A DNA stretch of 64,000 bases from Octopus vulgaris. Its lineage: Eukaryota. Each line of letters begins with the position of its first letter. Within the stretch, counting starts at the first letter, position 1. This document shows positions 46,112-58,612 of this stretch, in pieces. Position numbers and translations under genes: made by a program. The stretch covers positions 22,754,001-22,818,000 of the forward strand of contig OX597834.1 in the NCBI GenBank assembly GCA_951406725.2, written 5' to 3'. The notes under the pieces are model-generated. The model saw only the letters and a program-made list of their open reading frames with translations, was not told where the DNA came from and made no database searches.

Positions 46112-47066
46112 TTATTATTTATATTTTGAATTACATGCATGTTGAGCACCAAAATCTTCTAAGTGCTTAAAACCTCTATGGTCAGTGGTCACAGCACATC
46201 AAAGATCTATAATTGTGCAACTTACACCACCCAACTTCGGTTGTGGACTGCAACAACTACCCCAGTTCACTAACATTGCTGACACAAATCTCTCACGGAT
46301 ACACAAGAACTGATTCGCTCGAACTTTTTTCCGTTTTCGATCTTCCCTTTCATCGTCGTTGTAGCCTTCGCTACCAAATGATATCATGTGCAGAATACTC
46401 CTCTTTTCTCTGTTATTGAGCTCCTAGTCAGAGTAATTCTCAGTAAATTGGCTCATGATTTCCATTATGTTGAGGTTGTAACTGAGGTGTTCAGACGTTA
46501 CAATTCAATCGGGTGTTACTGGTTCTGCAGTAGAGTTTTTAGAACAGAAATGCGGGTTTGGAAGGTAAATCCCGATTCTGGGAGCGACTGTAGCATTATC
46601 AAGCGCCAACAATACTTTAGCTTCAAAGTCGTATCCTTCGCAATATCTTTTTACTGTTAAACAAAAGAATGTAACAAACCACTATGTGAACATTTTTGTA
46701 TCACACACACACATACACACATTAGTTAAGTAGTTCGTCGTGGCTAAGCAATTCTCACAATCGAAGGCCTTTATTTCGATTTTTTTCCTTCTCATTTCAT
46801 GTCTTTTCCCATGGATAAGCCTCTTGATCAGGACAAATTTCTGCATTATTTGCGGTAATTTCTAATGCTCCGATAAACGAAGTCTTTGTTTTTCCTTTAT
46901 TTGGTGCAAGGATATAAAAATTTTTCTTAGTTCTGATTGGAGAAATTGGAGAAATATTCCTTATCTATATATTCGATACAACCAGCAGACTAATGCAATT
47001 TTTGCCTGAAGAAACAAATACATGTATTAATGATTCCCTTTAACATGCATGGATATTTCGAATCAT

Positions 47067-47499
47067 GGCAATCTTTCGTCTCTAGTAGACCTTTCCGTCG
47101 ATTTCCGTAAAATTTTTTTTTTTTTCATATGGGCTTGCGGGAACTTTTGAAGTAATGAGAGCGAAAGAAACTAAGAGAAAGCGATTGTATGACGAGGGAA
47201 GTTCTTTTGAAGTTACCGTGCATGGGAGCATTGATGGACATGTGAGTGTGCGTGCGTGTGTGTGTGTGTGTTTGATGGGGTGTGGGAGGCAGACAGTATG
47301 TTGTGTAAGTGAAGTGCTTCTGTTAGTGTATGTGAAGAGACAGAGTAATGTGTGAAAGAAAGAGATAACTGAAATTTTTTACTCGGTGTATGTGTATATG
47401 TATGTATATTACTTCAAAAGTTCCCGCAAGCCCATATGTAAAAAAAAAAATTTTTTTACGGAAATCGACGGAAAGGTCTACTAGAGACGAAAGATCACC
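47067..47499. mobile_element. MITE with ~90-bp TIRs and 8-bp TSD (Merlin-like)
   Basis: TIRs 47067-47155 / 47408-47499, GGNRM termini, TSD CGAATCAT at 47059-47066 and 47500-47507. Confidence 0.85.
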
Positions 47500-47649
47500 C
47501 GAATCATATTTATAACGTCCTTTGGATAAGGAATGCAGCAACAAAAACATGTGATTTGTGGATAAATACGTAGCAATACATTAAAAGGTTTATGAAATTC
47601 CATTAAAAAATCCTCGTTATTACCATAGAAAGCTTGATGTTTCAGAAAA

Positions 47650-48980
47650 GTGGCTCGTTGTCATAATTTCTTTCTAGCAAGGGATGATGGCTCTGTCAGA
47701 TCTAGCGGGGAAGTGTCCGATTCATTCACAGTCTCAAATGGGAGAAAACAAGGCTGTGTTCTTGCACCACTCTTATTTGTTTTGTATTTCTCTGTCATGT
47801 AGGAAACAGCGTTCGAGGGTGTTAAAGAAGGAGTAAAGTTTGTTCAACAAACAGCACTTCAAAGCAAAAATTAAGACGTTGGTGCAAACAGTTTGAGACT
47901 TACTCTTCTCAGATGATTGTGCACTTGTAGCACACACTCTTGAGGACAGGCAATGGATTCTTAACAACTTCTCGCGTGCATCGAAGGCTTTTGGTCTGAC
48001 CACCAGCATCAAGAAAACTGAGCTTGTCCATCAGCCCATTCGTGACTATCTTCCCGCTGTTGCCGCTATTGTATATGTTGATGGGAAAGCATTAGAAACT
48101 GTTTCCTCCTTCACTTATCTTAGCTCCATTGTGTCGAATGATGCGAAGATAGATAAAGCAATTGAGTGCGGAAACGGGGAGGCTAGCTCCGCTTTCTATA
48201 AGCTTTATCACAGGTGAAAGTTAATGTATATAAGTCGTTGATTTTGACAACATTGTTTTATGGTGCTGAATCTTGGACTTTATACCGAAAGCCTATCAAC
48301 CAACCTGACACTTTTCATATGCGATGCTTGCGTACTATCTCCAACATAAAACCGAGTGATCATATTCATAACAGTGAGGTACTAACAAAATGCAACATAT
48401 CAAGTATTGGAGCTATCCTCATCAAAATACAGCTTAGACGGTCAGGTCTTCTCTTTCGTATGAGTGATATCAGAATTCCAAAGCAACTTCTCTTTGGCCA
48501 ATTCCCAACAGGAAAGTCAGTTGGAAGGCTACTCTTGTGCTTCAAAGACAAACTAAAAGACAATATGAAGTGATGCAACAACATTCCTTTTTCTTCCTGG
48601 GAAAAACAAAGCATCAGAACGCAGGACCTGGCACCAGTCCTGCTTCTCCTCAGTTCAAAGATTTGAGCGAAATTGACTCCAACACCGGGACCAACTTCGT
48701 GCAAGCATGAAGGCACGCTGGCAAAACACTGTTTCTCTGAATAGAAACCTTACCTGTCACTGCGGTTTTGTGGCATGAAGCAAAGCAGGTCTTGCTATCC
48801 ACTCAAGAAAACACATAGTAAATAATCCACAAGCACTTAAGCAAACTGAGTCCTCGACTCGTTCCATTTGCAAAATGGTTTGCAAGGTACCAGCAGGCCT
48901 CAAGAGACACATTCATGTCCATAGAACATGATTAACACTTATTTTACTGAACCCTCATTTGTCATTCAGGACGAGAGAAT

Positions 48981-48985
<5 letters not shown>
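47650..48985 (+). mobile_element. RTE (BovB-like) LINE remnant with RT and C-terminal C2H2-like motifs
   Basis: KQGCVLAPLLF, LLFSDDCAL, FTYLSS, LFYGAESWT, RIPKQLLFGQ; CHCGF..GLAIHSRKH; ends in (TA)n. Confidence 0.88.
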
Positions 48986-49043
<58 letters not shown>

Positions 49044-49233
49044 CAATGTGTACAAATAACAAAGGGAAAATAGATAAATAGTTACCAGGGTGGCAAAAAT
49101 TCACGTGCCAAGGATATTACAGGCTACTTATAAAGGTAGAAATTGCAGGGTTAAGTGAGATATTTTTGTATAACATGAATTTCTTAATTTATCCATGTAT
49201 GTATATATATGTATATATATACATATATATACT

Positions 49234-49628
49234 TCTATACTTGCTGCGAGTATACTCTGCGATGACATCTCTCACGCCGGACTTCTTTCTGATGATGTTG
49301 CTATTTATGTGCTCTCTCAACGAGATACCAAGCATTGACCTTTCCATGGCTCTTTGAGCCGTTATCAGTCTTTGCTCTTCTCTCTTTGTGGTAGCCCATG
49401 TTTCACTACCATATAACATTGCAGGCAGAACTGCACTGTTAATGAGGTTGGCGCGGGTTGTCCTGTCCAACCTTCCCTTGAGCACATCCCTTATGCCATT
49501 GAACGCCTTCCATCCGGCCCTTACTCTCCGTGAGATCTCCTTTTTGATATCCCGGCAAGTATAGATGGGCTGGACACGTCGCCCGGCTCACCGATAATCG
49601 GTGGACGCACGCAGTTGTCGAGTGGTAT
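49234..49628. mobile_element. RTE fragment with internal inversion
   Basis: Minus strand MLYGSETWATTKREE..SKYR (49234-49554); plus strand KYRWAGHVARLTDNRWTHAVVEWY (49555-49628). Confidence 0.85.
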
Positions 49629-50262
49629 ATATGAGAGAGAGAGACATATACACTTATCCCTTGTCTTTTACTTGTTTCAGTTAGTGGACAGTGACCATGC
49701 TGGGGCACAGCTTTGAAGGGTTTTAGTCAAACAAATTGATCCCATTACATTTTTTTTTAATCTGGTACTATTCTATCAGTTCCTTTTTGCCGAACTGCTC
49801 ATTCACAGACTGAAACAAACACCAGATGTAAAGCTGTGGTGAAGGAACAAACACAAACTCACACACACACACAATGGTTTATTTCTGTTTCCGTCTCAAA
49901 AATTATTTACAAGCCTTTATTCGTCCCGGGGCAATAGTGGAGGACTCTTGCCAAAAGTGCTGTGCAGTCAAACTGAACCCCAAACCCCATGGTTGGGAAG
50001 TAAGCTCCTTAACCACACGCCCACGCCTGCGCCTAGATATTCGTTAAATACTCTTTTAATGCTGTGTCCCGCTTTATGTAATATCAAACAAGACTCGCTT
50101 TTAACTGTTACTGTAGATTCATTGTAAATGCGCGCGCGTTTATATTTGAATTGTGGCCACGCCGGAGCACCGTCTCTGTGCGTACCACCAGTGTTCGCGG
50201 GAAGTGATTTCAAAATTATTCCCGCTACAACCTTAACCACAGATAATTTTAAATCGTTTTCA

Positions 50263-50790
50263 AATAATAATAATGAAATTATTGTATACAGTGCTCAGGT
50301 GCACCACAACTTGTCAGAAAGTGCATATAAATTACATGCAGTAATGTAGAAATGTCTGGAAAGCGAACAATGTATGAGTCAGATACATGCTTGTGTGTGT
50401 ATGGAGGGGAGAAAATCAAGTGTAGTGTTGGCGAATCTCAGAAAGCATGGAAGTTTTGAAGGATGCAGTGCTCCGACAACTAACAACCGATGCCGGCAGT
50501 TTGTTCCATGCTTCAGCAACTCTCAGCGTGAAAAAATGTTTCCTGAAGTCATGGGAGCTGAGCTGTTTTCTTACTTTGTAAATATGTCCACGGGTGTTAG
50601 ATGGGTGGAGTTTGAAGAGGTGCTCAGAGTTATTGTTTGTGTGATGGTTGATAATTTTATGGGTGTCTGCCAAGTCAGCTGCCAGACGTCGGAGTTTCAA
50701 TGTGTCCATGCCCAGGGAAGTAAGGCGTTCAGGATATGGCAAATGCCTGATGGAGGGTATTCTTTTGGTTGCACGTCGCTGAACAGCTTC
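50263..50790 (-). mobile_element. CR1-group LINE 3' end
   Basis: YPERLTSLG..LRRLAADL..TRGH..RKHFFTLRVAEAWNKLP..SFK; (ATT)n tail. Confidence 0.88.
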
Positions 50791-53700
50791 AGATTAAAGG
50801 ACTTAAATAAACAACAAACACAAGTTGTAAACTCGTGGTGGGGAACACACACACATTCGCGCGCGTGACGTGTTTCTGTCTATGAAATTAATTCGCAAGG
50901 CTTTGATCGGCCCGGGGGCCATAGCAGAACACACTTGCCTAATCTGCCGCCCGTTGGGACTGAACCCTAACCCACTTCGTTAAGGATCTCACTTTGTAAT
51001 CACATGGTTTTGGGTTCAGTTCCAATGCCGCACATTGAGGCTTTGTTCTCTCATAGCCTGGGGCCGGAGAAAGCCTTGAGAGTGGATTTCGCAGACGGAA
51101 ACTGAAAGGTCATCGTCTGTGTGTGGGTTCCCCACCGCTGCTTTACAACTTGAGTTTGTTGAAGTCCGTAAATTAGCCGTTCGATTTGTTTAAGCCGTGC
51201 GAATGTTCCCTGCCATTGCTTCACAAACGGTGTTAGTTTGTTTACGTCTCCATGACTTGGCGGTTCAGCAAAAAAAAAAAAAAAGGAAAAAGACCCATAG
51301 AATAAGTACCAGGCTTTTAAAAAAAAGTAGTACTGGTGCTGATTCGTTCGACTAAAATTCTTCAAGGCTGTTGTCTCTTCCAAAGTCATCTCAGGATTGT
51401 CTCTATAGTAACTGTTACTGATGATACCCATTGAGCTAGAAATACCTTCATTGGTCAGATCGACGGCGCCCTGAGATGAGTTGGTGTTTAACACTCTTTG
51501 CCCAAAACGAGAATTTTCTCCACTGCAAACTGTAATAAAAATGGCCATTTTAAAGTTTAAATACATCACAAACATATTTGAACCGATTTAAAAGCTTATA
51601 TATCATTTTAATATTATTACACAGGCCTCCTTGTTTTATTCTAAAATCACAGGTAGATATCATTCTAGATATTCCCGTTTGTGGTCACGGTGCTTCTGAA
51701 AAATAAACAAACATTGGCATCAGTTTAAAATCTTTTGAATCACTTATTGTCCAAGCACGAGAGTCAAACAGTCTTTTCCGGTCTTGAATACAGAAGCATT
51801 TTCAAAAAGTATTTTCGGAAGTAAAATGTGCAAGATAACATACTTTTCCAGAAAACGCCTGTTTCATCTACTCTGGATATAATTTAATGGCAAATGAGAG
51901 GTAGCGCCCGTGTGATCATAGTCTTAAGAACCAGGAGAAATTTCTTAATGGCCTGGGCGTTTGTACACGCAGTTTCACTAGACATACGGATGCCATGTAG
52001 GTTATTAAACCGTCATTTGAATGTACAAAACAAACCACAACTAGCTGTGAATGTTTGGTAGTTTTCTCATAACTCTTGTGTTTGAAGATGCTTCTGGTTC
52101 TTGCTTTTTCCATTGCAGTAAGTTGACAATATCAGGTTGCGTTTCGTTTCCTAGTTCACTCACTTATATAGGAAGTATAATTTCTGTATTTGTGGCTTCC
52201 CACGAAAATTTACCCTTTGAACGAGTCACCTTTGTTGAAAAGCAATTCTTTCTGATTTAGGCACAAGACTAGCAAGTTTGATACTATCGACCTCAGTATT
52301 TGATTTGGACTTCATTTTATTGAATCCGAGGGATAAAAAGCAAATTTGAACTCAGACCGTTAAGAGTCAGCAGAAATAACCAAGGACGCTTGTCCGAAAC
52401 GCTAATCCAACGTCCTGAAAAGTTTTCATACAAATATCTCGCCATTATGCGCTGGTTCCAATTATTGGGAGAAGGCCAGCAATTTTAAGGTGAAGTGTTT
52501 CGTCAATTACACCGACCCCAGTGCTCGACTGGTACTTTATTTTATCGACCCGGAAAAGGGGAAAGGCAAAGCTAACCTCAGAACGTAAAGAGCCAGTATA
52601 TACTATACAATCACCACTAAAGATGTGATATAAAGAATGTGGCATTAGTTATTAGAGCAAGGCAACGAGTTGGCAGAAGTCGGGGAAGAAAAAAAATGTC
52701 TTGCGGCTTTTTACGTTCTGAGTTCAGATCTTTCTGAATTTAACCCTGTTTTTCATCCTTCCTGGGTCGATTAGATAAAGTACCGAGGTCGATGTGATAA
52801 CACCTCTTCCCTTTAAAATCCTGTCCCCTTGGGATTATTTCAAATACAGCCATTGATACTGCTTTCACTACTACTTCGCCATCGCCGACATTACTAACTG
52901 CTGGTACTGCTAACACCACATTTATTAACAACTACTATTAAAGCCCCCATTACCACCACCACTTCTGCTGCCTATTAATACTGCTAAGTCCACCACCACT
53001 TCTACTAACGCGACCGCCATCCCCACCACTTCTAACTATTCATATTGCCACTACTATAGTCACTTACCACTCCTACTACTACTACTAAGGAAAAAATGTA
53101 ATATTTTGAGGAGCGTTAATCTGAAATCGATTTCAAATTATCAGCAGTTGAGATTGTGGCGGGAATAATTTGAAATTCAGTCCCGCGAACTCTGGTGGTA
53201 CGCAGAGACTCTGCTCTAGCTTGGTCACCATTCAAATATAAACATGCACACATTTACAGAGAATCTGCAGTAACAGTTAAAAGCAAAGCAATGTAATAAG
53301 AGGGTTTTGTTTGATATTGCATAAAGCGGGTCACAGTATTAAAAGAGTATTTAACCAGGCGTGTGGTTAAGGAGCTTACTTCCCAACCATGGGGTTTTGG
53401 GTTCAGTCTGACTGCACGGCACTTTTGGCAAGAGTCCTCTACTATTGCTCCGGGACGAATAAAGGGTTGTAAATAATTTTTGAGACGGAAATTGAAAGAA
53501 GCCCGTCGAGTGCGTGTGCTGTATGTATACATGTATGAATTTGTATTTGTATCCTCAACACCGCTGGACGTATTGGCTTGTTTACGTCCCCGCAACTAGC
53601 GGATCGGCAAAAGACATCAGTAGAATCACTACCAAGCTTTAAAAATAAGTAATGGGGTCGATTTTTGTTCGAGTACACCAGTGTTTCTGAAGCATATTTT

Positions 53701-54743
53701 AACTGGAGAGCCCTTTTATACTGGTGAACACCCCGTTTCCATGTGATGTTAAACAGTTTTATAGATAATTCTTTATCGCACGTTAACATGTATCTGTAAA
53801 ACTTTAGAGAAAGAAACTTGACTGTTTCTCGCAATAAATACATCTGTAGCAAATTTTCTTCACCAGCCCTTAAAATAATACTGTAGATCCAATTTACTAA
53901 TGTTTGCGTGGACACCACCACCAAATCCTATACTGACTCAAGTTGAAAATCACTAGACTAAACCTTTCAAAGCTGTGCTCCAGCTTGACCGCAGTTCATT
54001 GACAAACAGATAAGATATAAAAGATCTATGTAGCACAGGCACAGCCGAATTAGTTAAGCAGTTTGCTTTGCAGCCATAAGGTCACACGGCTCGATAGTTT
54101 TATCGTCTTTATAGCAGACGACATTCAAACTTAACGTTCTTATTGAAGACGACAGAACAGTTATGGGCAAACAGCAGGCCGCCAGGTTTTCTAAATAACA
54201 AGAAAAATTATCTTGCATTTTTTTGGTGCGACCCGCTTGATAACTAATCATACTTCATGCGACCCACTTCTCGAAAAAAAAGTTGCCTAAGCCTGCGGGA
54301 GAGTGTGATTTAAGGACACATGTCTGCTATTTCTAACAAGGCGAACGAACTGGTAGAGGTTACTCTGAACGGTGGTGGTGACAGTAGTTGTACCAGTCAG
54401 TAAATAGGTGATCGAAGGATAATGATGATGGTGGTTGTGACCTGACCTCACTCTGACCCCATCCGAAAAAATGTTTTTACTGCGGCACCTGAAAATCCAC
54501 CACTCCAGATATTTCACATAAAATCTCGTCACCCTACCTAAGTCAGAGGTCAAGTATTATACTCAACAAACAATAATAATTTCATCGGCAGAAAGATTTA
54601 GGCGAATGAGATGAAATTTATTCAAATAAAGAGTCGGACCACAAGATTGTCGTAAAAGTTTCATACGCGCGCACACACACACATATATGTATATACATTT
54701 ATATAAATAGGGAAAAGATCGTTAATGTAATTATCGATCTTTG

Positions 54744-54781
<38 letters not shown>

Positions 54782-55853
54782 TATATAGCACTTAGCGTTA
54801 CCTGACACCTTTGGGTCTTCTTGACACCAATACTTCTTATACATACATATATTTATATATGAAAATATATATAGGATACACACACACACATATATATAAT
54901 ATAGACAGCCGTATGTAACTTGTTACCAAAAAGGAAATCTACAATCGTCTCTAAATATGACAATTGTGTTCTAATACCTACATTGCTAGAAATAAGACCC
55001 AAAAAGCTCTAATATATACACTCACACACGTCTGAGACTTGAAATATACCTATCACAATAAACAATGTTTTCAGTCATTCGAATATTCGCCCCATCATAA
55101 ATATTCAATATCCCCTTTTACTTATTACCAACAGGTAGGTTTGCTCCCTACTGGTGACAATTTCGACCATACTTTAATACTGCCTGCTTATTTCTCTTCA
55201 TTTGTATTTTTCTTTACTAATAAAATCAAGAGGGCATCCCGTACACGCGAGTCGAGTGGCAAAATCCCTTTGTTCAGCATCAGGTGTTCACAATTCAAGT
55301 GCTTAAAAAAAGAGTTCTACCCGGTACATCCGAGCTGCTAGGTAAATAAATATTCCCTAAAAATGCCATGCCCTGTTCTCTTCATTTCCAGATATATTAT
55401 TAGGTTGAAGAGAAAGTTCGCGCGCCGTGTTAAAATAATGCTTTTTAATATATCTATGGTGAATGTTGTTCATTCAGTCCATTATTTTAACACAGTGCAC
55501 GAACTTTTTCCTCTACCTAGTAAACAAAAAATGACGAAGATCACTATGGTAAGGGCTAACCTGTTATAAAGGCTCCGTGAGATAAGGTCTTTTTATAGAA
55601 ATTTGTTAATTGCCATTAAAATAAAAATAGGGCTTATATATATTATCCAATCTTCAATCTAAAGACAATTCTTTCTTAATACAATTAAGGCGATAGAGAT
55701 TATTATCTGTAATTAGAGAAGATGCAGGTATGGCTTTGCAGCAACTAGTTAAGTCCCACTGTACGGCACTTTGGACAAGTGCCGCATAAGCTCTGGGTCG
55801 ATGAATGTGAAGATGGCAGGTGGAAGGCTTTCGTATATATACATATATATATA

Positions 55854-56056
55854 GGTACCATTAGCGATTAGTGGTCCCGGTGCGCACACACGCGCAAGCT
55901 AGTCATGACCAGTCGATCCTTACTTTGTATTTCTGTTACTGTTTAAAAAAATAATTTATTGTGTTTTATTTACTTTGCTAGTTAGTCGTAGGATCGACTA
56001 CTTATGACTAGCTAGCCCGGAGACGCGCACCGGGACCACTGTACGCTAGTAGTACC
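55854..56056. mobile_element. Palindromic MITE (GGTAC termini) inserted in (TA)n
   Basis: ~70-bp imperfect TIRs GGTACC..AGTGGTCCCGGTGCGC..GTCGATCC / GGATCGAC..GCGCACCGGGACCACT..GTACC. Confidence 0.75.
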
Positions 56057-57742
56057 ATATATTATATATACATATATATATATACATATATACATGTACA
56101 TATATATATATACATATAGATATATATACATATATATATATATATGTAATCACCATTGTCAGACACTCATGGTCGGTTTGCTTACATCCCTGTAAAGAGA
56201 CCAATAATAGAATAAGAACAGAGGCGAATTTGCTCGACTATAAGCTTACCCTTTATAGCAGCCCAAATGGGCGAAACAAATAAAAACTGCTTCGGAGAAT
56301 TTAAAAAACCGGCTTCCGCGCTTTAAAGTCAGGGAACGGTTACCTGCTGCATGAGAGCGTAACAAAGCTAGAAGCAGGAAACGTGTTGCTGAACAGAGTG
56401 AAGCGGCTGTTTACTTAACCCAGTCAGCCTGATCAGACATACCCTAGAGGAAAACGTCCCGCCTTTTTTATCTTTTTCGAATTACTTTGGCGGTTGGAAT
56501 GTGTGGGAGAATGAACATATTCCTTGTTATTTCTAGCAGGTTATTAGTATGCCACATAAGTAAAGCAGTCATCTTCATTAATTAAAGTGGCGGACCCCGG
56601 AGGTTAAGCTTAAGGAGCTAAAAAACATAAGCTACAATAGAAAGTGGGCGGACACAGCTAATTTGACTGTTAGACATGAAACGAATTAGATTTGTATAGT
56701 GAATGCAGCCCTATAGGGGTCTGCTTTTAGCCGCGAAAAATAAATTTCAGATAAACAATGGCTTTAGGAGTAATAAAAATTGACACCACGTGAAATAAAT
56801 TTAAATTAAATTTCACAGCAATATTTTTTATAACGATAGATTCAAGGAAATATGAAATTCGGAACAGCATTCCCATCCAACACCACATTTTCCTTTATTT
56901 TGTAGAATTGTGACAGGCAATAAATATTTGCTCCCGATTTCCGAACTTTTCGCCCCCAAATAGTGTATGGGACTTCGGAACAATCTGCCTGTTTAAATAC
57001 CGATAGTTATGGAACAGACCTCTAGGATGGAAGTAACGGCATTCGTTATCTGGTTAAGGGTTCAAGTTATCCTTCTCACCAGAGCAGTTAAGAAAAACTG
57101 GGAACCATCTGAAGGTTTTTCAAATAGACTTCAGACGGTTAACGACACGTTTAGCTGTTACCGCCAACTGAAAGAGACCAAATAGTCGTACTAGACATAG
57201 CAGCCTAATGTTGCCGCAATTCCATAGCACCTAAAATTTCCGATCACACAAACCAAGATAATACTTAACCCAGTAATATACACAAATCCTAGTATTGCGA
57301 CGCAAATGAGATGGACTAGGCTATGACTACCTTATGAAGGGACACGGCATTAGCTAAATATCACAACATGTAAGTGGTAAAAATCTGCATAAGTGCCAGG
57401 GCTGCATTTGCTCCCAAATGTCAACTAAAGCCTGATGACCGAAAACTCAATCACAAGACCTGAAATATTAAGATTGGGAGGTGGACGAAAGAAAGCCAGA
57501 AAGGACAACACTAAATCGCATGCGAAAACCTGACCCAACACCAAAACATTACGAAATTGGTGAACACGAGACAGAAACAAATAGATGCAAACAAATAGAA
57601 AACTAGTAATAGAGGGAATAGAAAAATGAACGAGTAATGACCGAGCTAACGACATAACACAAAAGAAAATGTAACAGAAAACTCTTGCGAGGGAGAAAGG
57701 CACATCGTGACTGCCCTAAGATGACTATCAAGAGGGAATAAT

Positions 57743-57758
57743 GGCCCTAAAAAGGGCC
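57743..57758 (-). terminator. Histone mRNA 3' stem-loop
   Basis: Minus strand GGCCCT-TTTT-AGGGCC (6-bp stem, 4-nt loop) preceded by CAAA, 33 nt after the H1 stop. Confidence 0.92.
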
Positions 57759-57791
57759 TTTGAGTTGTGGAAAATAAAACGCTTGCTCAAT

Positions 57792-58325
57792 TTACTTCTT
57801 AGCAGCGGCTTTCTTGGCAGGCTTGGTTTTCTTAGCAACAGGCTTCTTCTTTGCGGGAGCCTTCTTTGCGGGAGCTTTCTTAGGTGACTTCTTAGCTGCT
57901 GGCTTCTTTTTAGCTGGCGACTTGGCACCCTTGGGTTTTGCTGTTTTTGTGGCCTTTGCCTTTTTAGCAGCAGCAACTTTCTTGCCACTGGGCTTCTTCT
58001 TGGCAGCCACTTTCTTCTTAGCAGCTCCCTTAGTCTTCGCAGGTTTCTTAACCTTGTCGGACTTAGCTACCTTGAAAGAACCAGAAGCACCGGAGCCTTT
58101 AGTCTGGATCAGGGAACCCCCATCAACACCATGTCTCAAAGCAAGCCTCAAGTTGCTCAGGAACTGAGTGTTATTCTCGACGTTGTTGTTTGCCAATATG
58201 TGCTTTGCAATGCTGGCTCGAGAGCTACCGTTCCTCTCTTTAAGAGCTGTTATGGCAGCTTTAATCATCTCCTTGAATTTGGGATGTTTGGGTGGTACTT
58301 TCTTCTTAGCGGCTTTCTCAGACAT
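57792..58325 (-). CDS. Linker histone H1 (177 aa, intronless)
   Basis: Globular winged-helix domain (HPKFKEMIKAAI..GSSR..QTKGSGASGSFK) and a K/A/P-rich C-tail with SPAK and SPKK motifs. Confidence 0.97.
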   Translation of the reverse strand: MSEKAAKKKVPPKHPKFKEMIKAAITALKERNGSSRASIAKHILANNNVENNTQFLSNLRLALRHGVDGGSLIQTKGSGASGSFKVAKSDKVKKPAKTKGAAKKKVAAKKKPSGKKVAAAKKAKATKTAKPKGAKSPAKKKPAAKKSPKKAPAKKAPAKKKPVAKKTKPAKKAAAKK

Positions 58326-58391
58326 TGTGGTAGATTGTGGTTTACTGAGAAAACGATTATATTTACTGAGCGAATGTCAAACGTGTGATAT

Positions 58392-58612
58392 GAATGGGCA
58401 GAGTTACGGCTGGCGATTTATAGCAAACGCGCCGACGTAGTAGAAGTCACCCGGTTGCTGTTGATATGCACAACGTTAACAGTGAACGTTTTCAATGAAA
58501 TGTGTTTACCAGCCTTACAAAATTAACCAGTTCGGATATTAAAATGTATCTTTATTCGGCAATTTTTTGACAAAATAAAAGAAAACACTTTGTTCTATCA
58601 TTCCATGTGTTT
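58392..58612 (-). promoter_or_regulatory. H1 promoter: CATTC cap motif, TATA box, two H1 boxes
   Basis: Minus strand CATTC 58392-58396, TATAAA 58417-58422, AAACACA at 58501-58507 and 58606-58612. Confidence 0.7.

Noticed and set aside
53442-55569. Several 60-160-aa ORFs as a possible extra gene
   Set aside because: No recognisable domains, overlap with SINE remnants, no consistent exon chain.
57432-57448. CTGATGA-CC-GAAAAC hammerhead-like words
   Set aside because: No stem II and no stem I or III pairing.
57728-58440. Overlapping alternative-frame and antisense ORFs at H1
   Set aside because: Shadows of the K/A/P-biased H1 coding sequence.
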